DNA of 64,000 nucleotides, from assembly GCA_041665345.1 (NCBI GenBank), contig JBAYJA010000001.1, positions 602,522 through 666,521 on the forward strand. The letters are read 5' to 3'. Below, piece after piece: positions 33,984 to 42,610 of this stretch (the first letter of the stretch is position 1; each line of letters begins with the position of its first letter). The translations under genes and the position numbers were made by a program. A model generated the notes under the pieces. The model was given only the letters and a program-made list of their open reading frames with translations, did not search any database and was not told the origin of the DNA. Source of the DNA: Patescibacteria group bacterium. Lineage in GTDB: Bacteria; Patescibacteriota; Patescibacteriia; PEXW01.

Positions 33984-36713
33984 CTAAGCATCCTTGCCAT
34001 GACATTGTTTATACTTTTTTGGTGTTCCATCGGGTTTCTTCGCTCCGCATGGACAAGGGTCATTCCGGCCAACCTTTTGCCCAACGTAAGGATCTGTACT
34101 TGCTGCAGAAGAACTTACCTGCGGCATTGACTGACTACCAGGCGCTGGATCCTGTGCTTCTTTTGCCGGAGCGGTTAAGGTCATGGGTCGCTGCGTTTGC
34201 GCTTGAGACAAATTGGACGTGATCCGCGTTTTAAAAATTGTATGCGTCAGCTGTGAGCGAATACCATCCAGGAGCTGCGTGAAGAGCACGTACGCTTCTT
34301 TCTTGTACTCTACCAAGGGGTCGCGCTGCCCATACCCACGCAGGCCAATCCCCTGGCGCAAGTAGTCCATGAGTTGGAGGTGTTCGATCCACAGGGTGTC
34401 AATGATCCGAAGTTCCACGGCGCGTTCCAGTAAGCGCATGAAATTTTGACTGCTGCCCTGCGCCTGAGCTGCGCCAGAGCGTTGCACTTCCTTTTCCAGA
34501 TCTGCGTAAGCTTGCTGCAGCAGGCCGTGCAAGTGATCAGTTATTTTGCTTCGCGCGGCGGCGGTTGAGCCAACATCCCCTGTCCCTTGCCGGAAGGCTT
34601 CCATTTTCAAACGGGCTTCCAGTGGGATTGAAAAAATTGCATCAACGGATTCATATACTTCGTCCAAATTCCACTGCTCTTCACGCTCAGTGGACGTATG
34701 GGTGGACACAATCCGGTCAATCTCTTCCTGCATGGCTTGGAGCACCTGCGGACGCCGACCCTCCGGCGTTTCCAGCGAACGGAGCACATCTCGCCGGCGG
34801 GAGTAGATCACTTCCCGGTGCTTGTTAATCACGTCATCGTACTCCACCAAGTGTTTGCGGATATCAAAGTTATGTCCTTCCACTTTGCGTTGCGCGCTTT
34901 CAATACTTCGGGAGATCATGCGGTTCTCAATGGGCATATCATCTGGCACACCCATGCGCTCCATAAGCGACTTCACCCGGTCACCGCCAAAGATGCGCAT
35001 GAGGTCATCTTCCATGGACAGGAAGAACTGGGACGAACCAGGGTCACCTTGCCGGCCCGCGCGGCCACGGAGCTGGTTGTCTATGCGACGTGATTCGTGG
35101 CGTTCTGTACCAACGACGTGCAAACCACCGAAGTCACGAACAATATTCCCTTCCTCAGGAACGGGCGGATTGCCACCCAGAATAATGTCCACGCCGCGGC
35201 CAGCCATGTTGGTTGCCACGGTCACTGCGCCTTTTCGGCCAGCCTGAGCAATAATCTCAGCTTCACGCGCGTGGTTCTTGGCGTTGAGCACCTCATGGGG
35301 AATGCCCTCACGCTTCAAAATTTGGCTAAGTACCTCATTCTTCGCAATGGAAATGGTACCAATGAGCACGGGTTGCCCTTGCTGATTCCTCACCTTCACA
35401 TCACGGGCAATGGCTTCGTACTTTGCTTGCTCGGTTTTATACACGCTATCCGGACTGTCTTTCCGAATCATGTCACGGTTCGTGGGGATCGTCAGGACTT
35501 CAAGTTTGTAGATGGAAGCAAATTCTTCCGCTTCGGTTGAGGCCGTACCGGTCATCCCTGCTAACTTCTGGTACATGCGGAAGTAATTCTGGAACGTAAT
35601 GGTGGCCAAGGTTTGCGATTCCTGCTTAATGTCCACTTTCTCTTTCGCTTCAATTGCCTGGTGCAGCCCTTCTGAGTACCGCCGGCCAAACATCAAACGA
35701 CCAGTGAACTCATCCACAATCACCACTTCTCCTTCTTTCACCACGTAGTCACGGTCTTTCTTGAAGAGCGCATGCGCTTTTAGGGCTTGCTCCACGTGAT
35801 GCACCATTTCCACCCCACCCACATCATATATGTTGCCAACCCCAAGCCATTTCTCAATTTTCCCGATCCCCTGTTCGGTGAGGGTTACGGCGCGGAGCTT
35901 CTCATCCAAATTGTAATCCGGACCTTCTTCCAAACGCTGGACCAAATCTGCAAATTTGTAGTACTGCTCGCTGGGGGTTTGGCTGGGACCAGAAATGATG
36001 AGCGGGGTGCGCGCTTCGTCAATGAGAATGGAGTCTACTTCGTCCACAATCGCGTAAACCAGATCCCGCTGCGCCAAGTACTGTGGGTCTGGCACCATGT
36101 TGTCACGCAAAAAGTCAAAGCCAAACTCGTTGTTCGTCCCATAGGTTATGTCTGCTGCATACGCCGCAGGACGCTGGATGGGACGCAGCTGGTGCGTTTG
36201 CTCATCACCTTCGTAGAGAGGATCGTACTGAAAAGCTGCTTCGTGCTGGATAATGCCAACGGATAGACCGAGGAAATGGTAAATTTGCCCCATCCACCGT
36301 GCATCACGCTTGGCCAGGTAGTCGTTAACGGTGACGACGTGCACGCCTTTGCCCGTCAGCGCATTCAAATACACTGGCAGGGTTGCAACCAGGGTTTTCC
36401 CTTCACCAGTCCGCATTTCTGCAATCTTCCCTTGGTGGAGGACAATGCCACCGAGCAACTGCACGTCAAAGTGGCGCTGCTTAATGGTGCGCTTTCCCGC
36501 TTCTCGAACCAAAGCAAATGCTTCTGGGAGCAGGTCATCTAAAGACTCACCTTTGGAAAAGCGGTTGTACAGTGCTTTGGTCTTCTCAGGAAAGTCAGCG
36601 TCCTTCAACTTCTGCACTTCTGGTTCCAACGCATTAATGCGTTCTACCTGCGCCTGCAAGCCTTTCACTGCCCGTGCATTGGGATCACCGAACAACTTCT
36701 GGAGTAATGCCAT
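33984..36713 (-). CDS. secA: Preprotein translocase subunit SecA
   Basis: MRTGEGKT, DEVDSILIDEARTPL, QLRGRAGRQGDPG, C-terminal GRNDPCPCG...KKYKQCHG; start at MALLQKLFG. Confidence 0.98.
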   Translation of the reverse strand: MALLQKLFGDPNARAVKGLQAQVERINALEPEVQKLKDADFPEKTKALYNRFSKGESLDDLLPEAFALVREAGKRTIKQRHFDVQLLGGIVLHQGKIAEMRTGEGKTLVATLPVYLNALTGKGVHVVTVNDYLAKRDARWMGQIYHFLGLSVGIIQHEAAFQYDPLYEGDEQTHQLRPIQRPAAYAADITYGTNNEFGFDFLRDNMVPDPQYLAQRDLVYAIVDEVDSILIDEARTPLIISGPSQTPSEQYYKFADLVQRLEEGPDYNLDEKLRAVTLTEQGIGKIEKWLGVGNIYDVGGVEMVHHVEQALKAHALFKKDRDYVVKEGEVVIVDEFTGRLMFGRRYSEGLHQAIEAKEKVDIKQESQTLATITFQNYFRMYQKLAGMTGTASTEAEEFASIYKLEVLTIPTNRDMIRKDSPDSVYKTEQAKYEAIARDVKVRNQQGQPVLIGTISIAKNEVLSQILKREGIPHEVLNAKNHAREAEIIAQAGRKGAVTVATNMAGRGVDIILGGNPPVPEEGNIVRDFGGLHVVGTERHESRRIDNQLRGRAGRQGDPGSSQFFLSMEDDLMRIFGGDRVKSLMERMGVPDDMPIENRMISRSIESAQRKVEGHNFDIRKHLVEYDDVINKHREVIYSRRRDVLRSLETPEGRRPQVLQAMQEEIDRIVSTHTSTEREEQWNLDEVYESVDAIFSIPLEARLKMEAFRQGTGDVGSTAAARSKITDHLHGLLQQAYADLEKEVQRSGAAQAQGSSQNFMRLLERAVELRIIDTLWIEHLQLMDYLRQGIGLRGYGQRDPLVEYKKEAYVLFTQLLDGIRSQLTHTIFKTRITSNLSQAQTQRPMTLTAPAKEAQDPAPGSQSMPQVSSSAASTDPYVGQKVGRNDPCPCGAKKPDGTPKKYKQCHGKDA

Positions 36714-36789
36714 AGTTTCTCTATCTTCTCGGAAAACCAGCAAAAAAGCAAGCTTCTGCGGCTTTTCGGTGGTTTCCTGGCAAAAACTT

Positions 36790-37113
36790 CTAGTGGAGAC
36801 CGTGGTGCCCAACCCGTGCACTCAGGCCACGTTCTTTGGCATCCCGAAGTTGGCGTTGCAATTTTTCCACAGCCAGGTCAACCGCTGCATACATTTCATC
36901 TGCCTTTTCTCCGGCTTTGTAGGTTTTTCCTTGCCAGAGCGCGGAAACTTCCACGCGGAAAATATTCCCATGCTTCTGGTTCTTATCCACGTCAAAGCGC
37001 ACCCGGAGCTGGGTTAAGGGCTTTCGGCTGAGGTGCACCAGTGCACCAAATTTCTCTTCAGCGTATGCTTGCAGGCTGGGGGTCAGTTTGAAATTCTTGG
37101 CAGAGAAAATCAT
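36790..37113 (-). CDS. hpf: Ribosome hibernation promoting factor (short HPF/RaiA)
   Basis: KNFKLTPSLQAYAEEKF...MYAAVDLAVEKLQRQL; upstream of secA. Confidence 0.9.
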   Translation of the reverse strand: MIFSAKNFKLTPSLQAYAEEKFGALVHLSRKPLTQLRVRFDVDKNQKHGNIFRVEVSALWQGKTYKAGEKADEMYAAVDLAVEKLQRQLRDAKERGLSARVGHHGLH

Positions 37114-38033
37114 AGGGAGGCAAAATTTGCTTGCGAAGGAGTTTCAAAACCCAGGTACCGCACTTCTTCTTCTAACTGTACCCCAAGTTTATCACGGACT
37201 TGCTGCTTGACGTAACTAATGAGAATAACGATATCTTCGGCGGTTGCTGTGCCCGTATTGGTGATGAAATTTGCATGGTCTTCAGACACTTTGGCGCCAC
37301 CAATTTTCTTGCCTTTCAGCCCAGCTTCCTGGATGAGCTTCCCCGCGTGGTTCCCCGTGGGATTTTTGAAAATGCATCCAGCACACCACGCGCCCTTGGG
37401 TTGCCAGCCCCGGCGGGTTACCGCTTCACGCACGCGCTCTTGAATGACCGTTGGATTCTCAGGCGTCAATTCCAGCACCCCACCGGTGATGAGTTCCTGG
37501 GTATTGTACTTAAAGCGTGAGTAGCGGTAGGACACGTCAAGCTGATCCCGGGTGTAGGTTTTCTCTTCTCCGGCCAAGGTTAGGGCACGTACTTCTTTGG
37601 CAAATTCCGCAATGCCATGTCCACCCGTTCCTGCATTCCCAGCCAAAGCACCTCCAAATGAGCCGGGCACACCAACCGCAAATTCTATGCCACCCAAATT
37701 GGCACCAATTGCTGCACGAACGATGCGGCTGAGTGTCGTACCTGCATCCGCGTCTACCGTATTCCCTACGACTTCGCACCGGCTGGATGTGAACTGAATA
37801 ATCAAGCCGGGAAAACCAGCATCTGCGACTAGTACATTGCTGCCACCACCCAGCGGAGCTACCGGTAAATGCGCTTCGTTCGCAAGAGCTAAAGCCTTGG
37901 CGATGAGTGCTGTATCGCCAGATGACAGAAAGTACTTCGCCGGGCCGCCAACTTGGAAAGTGACGTGCTTGGCAAGTGGTTCGTTCTGCAGCATCCCTGG
38001 GAGTGCTGCAAGTGTCTGAAGTGGATTGGCCAT
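37110..38033 (-). CDS. murB: UDP-N-acetylenolpyruvoylglucosamine reductase
   Basis: TFQVGGPA, LGGGSNVL, GVPGSFGG...NAG, YRYSRF, AGCIFKNP, HANF, LEEEV; start at MANPL. Confidence 0.96.
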   Translation of the reverse strand: MANPLQTLAALPGMLQNEPLAKHVTFQVGGPAKYFLSSGDTALIAKALALANEAHLPVAPLGGGSNVLVADAGFPGLIIQFTSSRCEVVGNTVDADAGTTLSRIVRAAIGANLGGIEFAVGVPGSFGGALAGNAGTGGHGIAEFAKEVRALTLAGEEKTYTRDQLDVSYRYSRFKYNTQELITGGVLELTPENPTVIQERVREAVTRRGWQPKGAWCAGCIFKNPTGNHAGKLIQEAGLKGKKIGGAKVSEDHANFITNTGTATAEDIVILISYVKQQVRDKLGVQLEEEVRYLGFETPSQANFASL

Positions 38034-38064
38034 AGACAGAGGTGGGGTGGGTTTGTATACTATA
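38033..38064. promoter_or_regulatory. Overlapping divergent promoters (orphan gene on +, murB on -)
   Basis: Plus strand TAGACA, 17 bp, TATACT (38056-38061); minus strand TATAGT (38059-38064). Confidence 0.5.
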
Positions 38065-38114
38065 GCGAATAACAGATGAATTCCAAACTCGACACTGTTC
38101 CTTAGGAGGGAAAC

Positions 38115-39089
38115 GTGCCCTTTTACATACAAGTCATTATTTTCAGTATAGGTAGTGCAATAATACTCAGCGTTGTCCTGCATCGGTACTTTGAGGCGAG
38201 AGGTTTACGTGTCGCCCAGCTGCTGACACGAACGCTCTACTCGGTCGACTATGAAAAGATTGCGGTTCGGACATGGTTACCCTTCCAATGGTCTATTTCC
38301 GTACAATTCCCAAAGCGATCCCCTAGTGAGTCTGCAGTACCGGCCTTGCTCTCAACCAATCTCAGCACGAATGCACCACCACTCGCAATGCGTGGCAGTA
38401 CTCGACCAGACCAACCAACGATTGTTGAATTTGGTGAGTACTTCGTCTACTACCCACCGGAAAATCTTGATGCAAAGCACGCACTCGGGGTGGGTATACC
38501 GAAAACCGTCCCGCTGTTTGTTGGACCGCCAAGCGAAAAAACTATCCGCTGGGTGCCAGTTGCGCCAGTACTAGCGCCAGTCTCGGGTACATTTTACCCA
38601 GCAAAAATTGACGAGGGCACAAACTTTGCGATTAACCCACGAGAGGTAAAACGACGTGTGGTGTACCGGAATCCAATTTTCACCGATTTCTTGGCAAAAG
38701 GTGAAACATTCGGCATTATCATACAAGCGAAAGACTCGCCCCCCGTTCCAGTGCTAGCGCCAAGCGATGCTTTCGTAATCCTGTTCGGATGCTACGCAGG
38801 TACCAAGGTTGTACAAGGTGCCAATCTACTCTTGGTGAGTCCAGTTAGTGAAACCGAAATTGTCCTAAGCAACCATGTGGGAACCTACTTCAACCGAAAT
38901 CTGAAGGGCGAGCCCGTACCCGGTCCTGGTGACTTCGTCATAGCTGGAACCTCGCTTGGAGTGGTAAATGCCTTCGGCCTTGATGCCGAGGAACTTCTCG
39001 CGCCGTGCGATGCACACATTCTCCGACAACTTCGTACAGCCACCCCTGTGGACTTTCACATGCCAATCATGCTTCTACAGAAATTGTAA
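38115..39089 (+). CDS. Membrane-anchored protein with two biotinyl/lipoyl (BCCP-like) domains lacking the MKM motif
   Basis: AGGAGG + GTG; N-terminal TM; VLAPVSGTFY... and IVLSNHVGTYF...GDFVIAGTSLGVVNAFGL...APCDA...PVDFHMPI follow the AccB pattern. Confidence 0.65.
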   Translation: MPFYIQVIIFSIGSAIILSVVLHRYFEARGLRVAQLLTRTLYSVDYEKIAVRTWLPFQWSISVQFPKRSPSESAVPALLSTNLSTNAPPLAMRGSTRPDQPTIVEFGEYFVYYPPENLDAKHALGVGIPKTVPLFVGPPSEKTIRWVPVAPVLAPVSGTFYPAKIDEGTNFAINPREVKRRVVYRNPIFTDFLAKGETFGIIIQAKDSPPVPVLAPSDAFVILFGCYAGTKVVQGANLLLVSPVSETEIVLSNHVGTYFNRNLKGEPVPGPGDFVIAGTSLGVVNAFGLDAEELLAPCDAHILRQLRTATPVDFHMPIMLLQKL

Positions 39090-39094
39090 TTTCA

Positions 39095-39121
39095 GCCCCA
39101 TCTCATTGAGATGGGGTTTTT
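39095..39121 (+). terminator. Intrinsic terminator overlapping the murC stop
   Basis: CCCCATCTC-3nt-GAGATGGGG followed by T-run. Confidence 0.8.
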
Positions 39122-40470
39122 GTTGCGACATCGTAGAAGGAAGTAATATTCCCAGCCCCTACGGTGAGCACGACATCTCCTGGCTGAAGGATTGCCTGGG
39201 TTTTGGTAATGGCATCAGCGACGTCGCGCGCATACTGGGCGCTCTCACCCAAGGCAGTCACAATTTCCTGACTAGAGATTGCTTCGCCCTGCTCACGACC
39301 AGCAACGTCGTAAATATCCAAGATCACTTGCTTATCCGCAAGCCGAAGTGCTTGGACAAACCCAGGCAGTAGCGCTTGGGTTCGGCTACGCTGGTGCGGC
39401 TGGAACACGCAGAGGATTCTCCGCCCTGGGAATGCCTGCCGCGCTGCCTGTAGGGTTGCCGTGAGTTCGGTTGGGTGATGTGCGTAGTCATCCACAATGT
39501 CCGCGCCTTGCCACGTGCCTCGCCGCTCAAACCTTCGCCAGGTGCCGGGGAAGGCAGTAAGTCCTTGGCAAATTGCCGTTGTTGGAATACCCAGATGATG
39601 AGCAACCAGCGCGGCAGCGAGCGCGTTGAGGACATTGTGCTCACCCGGAACCTGCAACGTCACGGTTTCCGAAAGCAGCCCGTGGAAAGTGAAAACGGTT
39701 TTTCCGCCTGCAGAAGATAAACCGTGAACCTGTAGATCACCAGCGCTGAGTCCAAAGGTATGCACGGTGCCGGTAGCGTGTAACCGCAAGGCTGGGGTGG
39801 AAAGGTCTTCAGCGGAGAGTGCAATGGATCCATGCGCAGGCACCCGTGCAACAAAGGTTGCGAAAGCTTCCCGCACCTCAGCGAGATCATGGTACACATC
39901 CACGTGGTCAAGCTCTACGTTCAGAACTGCGACGTGGGTTGGTTCGTACGCAAAAAAGGCACGCTGATACTCATCAGCTTCGACAAGTACTTCCTCGCCG
40001 TTCCCAATGCGTTCATTCGTTTGCCCAAAGAGCGCAACCCGCGTGCCAACAATAACCGTTGGGTCTTTCTTCGCCGCATCCAGAATGTACGCCAGCATTG
40101 CGGTGGTCGTGGATTTCCCATGCGTACCAGCAATGCCAATACCAACTTTCCCCTGCATGAGCTCGCCGACTGCCTGCGGGTATGTCAATAGAGGAATGTG
40201 CCGAGTAATCGCTGCTTGGACTTCTGGGTTGGTATCCCCTGCTGCCACTGTCCGAATGACGAGGTCACATGTATCTGGTACGTGAGCTGCCTGGTGTGGC
40301 CCAATGGCAACAGCTACACCATGCGCCTGTAGCCACTCGGTTACGGGTTGGGATTGCAAATCACTTCCAGATACTTTTTTCCCGTTTTCCAGTGCCCACT
40401 TGGCAATGGCAGACAAACCAATGCCGCTGATCCCAATGCAGTGAATGGAGCTGGCGTTGCGTAAGGTCAT
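39103..40470 (-). CDS. murC: UDP-N-acetylmuramate--L-alanine ligase
   Basis: IHCIGISGIGLS, AGTHGKSTT, EADEY, DDYAHHPTE, FQPH; ATGA overlap with murG. Confidence 0.97.
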   Translation of the reverse strand: MTLRNASSIHCIGISGIGLSAIAKWALENGKKVSGSDLQSQPVTEWLQAHGVAVAIGPHQAAHVPDTCDLVIRTVAAGDTNPEVQAAITRHIPLLTYPQAVGELMQGKVGIGIAGTHGKSTTTAMLAYILDAAKKDPTVIVGTRVALFGQTNERIGNGEEVLVEADEYQRAFFAYEPTHVAVLNVELDHVDVYHDLAEVREAFATFVARVPAHGSIALSAEDLSTPALRLHATGTVHTFGLSAGDLQVHGLSSAGGKTVFTFHGLLSETVTLQVPGEHNVLNALAAALVAHHLGIPTTAICQGLTAFPGTWRRFERRGTWQGADIVDDYAHHPTELTATLQAARQAFPGRRILCVFQPHQRSRTQALLPGFVQALRLADKQVILDIYDVAGREQGEAISSQEIVTALGESAQYARDVADAITKTQAILQPGDVVLTVGAGNITSFYDVATKTPSQ

Positions 40471-41516
40471 ACGAGGGAAAGAATTTTTTCCGCCAGGGTT
40501 GATGCGCCCGCAGTTGACCAAGACCCGGCGAGGGCTGTGCTGAGCTGCGTTCGATAGTCTGCATCAGCACAGATGCGGCTTATCAACCCTGCGAACTTCT
40601 CTGGCGTACACTCTGCTTGCTGGAGAACCACTGCGCCACGTTGAGCAAGGGTTTTTGCATTTTGCTCTTGGTGCGTGCCAGGCAGCGGCACAATAATTGC
40701 GGGTTTTTGCAGGGCAACGAGTTCGGCCAGGACATTCATCCCCGCCCGCGTGATGACCATAGTGGCTAGGGCGTACACATCCGGCAAATTTTCGTTGGTA
40801 AAGGAAATAGCCACGTACCCTGGTCGGTTGACGTGCGCAGCTTTCTGTTCGCCAGTGATGTGGAGCACTTGAAGGCTACTAGGCAGCAGCGGCAGCGCGC
40901 TGAGAAAAGCTGCATTCAGATCCCGCGCACCCGAACTCCCACCAACCACTACAACGGTTGGCTGGTGCGCATCCAACCCGTAGGTTTGGGCAGCCTGGCT
41001 AGCCTTGCCGGCCTGCAAATCCGCCCGGAGCACAAAACCTATTGCTTTAGCCCCACCTGGAACCTGCGCTGCTTGTTCTGGAAGCGCAGCGGTACGGAGT
41101 TTCGCGACCTTGGCAATCAGCCGGTTCGCCAAGCCCACCTGCATGTCCTGCTGGTACAGAACGACCGGAATACCCAAGCTCGCGGCTGCCCAGGCCACTG
41201 GCACAGCCACGTAACTACCAGCCGTTACAACTGCCGCAGGCCTGCTGAGCAGCAGACGAAACCAAGCCACCACGACAGCACAGGCGACCAGACAAATGTC
41301 CAAGAAATTTTGGAGCGAAAAATACTGCCGGTACTTGCCAGCCGGAATCCAGCTATAGGGCATGCCCGCAGCCTGCACCACGGACTTTTCCAGCCCAACG
41401 CGTCGCCCCCAAAACTTGACCTGGATGTCTGGCCGACGCTGGGCAATTGCACGGCTACAGGCCAGGAGCGGATTCACCGAACCCAGAGTCCCCCCACCCA
41501 CAAAAAGCAACTTCAT
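40467..41516 (-). CDS. murG: Undecaprenyl-PP-MurNAc-pentapeptide GlcNAc transferase
   Basis: GGGTLGSVNP, GSYVAVP, GLANR, GGSSGA, RAG, HQEQNA. Confidence 0.95.
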   Translation of the reverse strand: MKLLFVGGGTLGSVNPLLACSRAIAQRRPDIQVKFWGRRVGLEKSVVQAAGMPYSWIPAGKYRQYFSLQNFLDICLVACAVVVAWFRLLLSRPAAVVTAGSYVAVPVAWAAASLGIPVVLYQQDMQVGLANRLIAKVAKLRTAALPEQAAQVPGGAKAIGFVLRADLQAGKASQAAQTYGLDAHQPTVVVVGGSSGARDLNAAFLSALPLLPSSLQVLHITGEQKAAHVNRPGYVAISFTNENLPDVYALATMVITRAGMNVLAELVALQKPAIIVPLPGTHQEQNAKTLAQRGAVVLQQAECTPEKFAGLISRICADADYRTQLSTALAGSWSTAGASTLAEKILSLV

Positions 41517-42610
41517 ACGCGCACGCTTTTAGAGACATTCAGAGCAATGCCAATGGCAGCCAGGGTAATAATTAAGGACGTGCCACCATTAGAAATGAAG
41601 GGTAAGGGTACACCGGTCAACGGCAAAATGCCACTCAGCGCCCCAATATTCACAAAGGCCTGCAAAGTGACCCAGGTAATGACCCCCACCATAATCAGCC
41701 GGCCAAACGGGTCGCTCAGCCGCCGTGCCAGCTGCTGCCCGCGCCAGAAGAAACCAACGTAGAGTGCAACGAGACCCACGACCATGAAGAAGCCTAGCTC
41801 TTCGGCCGCAATGGCAAAAATCGAATCGCCCTCAGCTTCCGGCAAGTAGTTAAATTTTTGGATGGACCGGCCGTAGCCCCGGCCAAAGAGCCCACCAGAG
41901 CCAATAGCCAGCAAGGACTGATTAATGTGGTACCCCTCATCTTGCTGGCTGGACGATGGGTTGAGGAAAATGGTCAGCCGTGCGGCGCGGTAGGGTTCAA
42001 AGGTAATGAGCAACATAATGGCCACGACGCCTGCTGCAAACAGCAGCGCAATGTACCGACCCGGCGCACCGGCCGCCACGTAGAGGACAGTCGCAATGCC
42101 CACAATGACAATGCTCGTACCCAAGTCAGGCTGCAGAATGAGCATACCGCCAATGGCGCCAATCAAAATCAGTAAACGCACAAACACCCGCTGGGGTTCA
42201 CGCTCCAAATCGCCTAGCTTGGTAAACCACCGCGCCAGGAAAAGAATAAGCGCCAACTTGAGCAACTCCGAAGGTTGGAAGAACAAACCACCAAAGGCAA
42301 TCCACCGCTTGGCGCCCAAAAGCGAGGTGCCCACTCCAGGGATGAAGAGGGCAACGACGAGCAGGAAACTCACCACCAGAATTGGGACTGCCCACTTCTG
42401 CCAGTGCAGGTACGGTACCCGGGCCAGGAGCAGCATGATGGCAATCCCCAAGCAGAGGGAAATGATTTGCTTGGTCACGTACCCGTTTGGGTCGCCCAAA
42501 TTTTGGAAGGCAGCCACACTGCTGGCTGAAGCCAAAATGATTATGCCAATGACGCAGAGAGCAAGGGTGAGGCTGAGTAAAATGCCGTCGACGCTCTGAG
42601 AGGATTTCAT
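41513..42610 (-). CDS. ftsW: Peptidoglycan polymerase FtsW (SEDS family)
   Basis: GAKRWI, QPSELLK, QPDLGT, YLPEAEGDSIF, EELG, PLTGVPLPFISNGGTS. Confidence 0.96.
   Translation of the reverse strand: MKSSQSVDGILLSLTLALCVIGIIILASASSVAAFQNLGDPNGYVTKQIISLCLGIAIMLLLARVPYLHWQKWAVPILVVSFLLVVALFIPGVGTSLLGAKRWIAFGGLFFQPSELLKLALILFLARWFTKLGDLEREPQRVFVRLLILIGAIGGMLILQPDLGTSIVIVGIATVLYVAAGAPGRYIALLFAAGVVAIMLLITFEPYRAARLTIFLNPSSSQQDEGYHINQSLLAIGSGGLFGRGYGRSIQKFNYLPEAEGDSIFAIAAEELGFFMVVGLVALYVGFFWRGQQLARRLSDPFGRLIMVGVITWVTLQAFVNIGALSGILPLTGVPLPFISNGGTSLIITLAAIGIALNVSKSVRV

Noticed and set aside
33896-34084. 62-aa ORF as an independent SEC-C gene
   Set aside because: Mostly an alternative frame of secA and lacks the CPC half; only the last 12 codons look meaningful and are reported as a remnant
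36714-36821. N-terminal extensions given by the ORF track (secA; also gltX, murB, murC, mraY, pyrG, ORF 53060)
   Set aside because: They overlap neighbouring genes or promoters; family similarity begins at the downstream ATGs used here
40833-41762. Long antisense ORFs over murG/ftsW (similarly 58104-58913, 28983-29801, 31429-32241, 56141-56893)
   Set aside because: Each overlaps a confidently identified opposite-strand gene and shows no recognisable motifs
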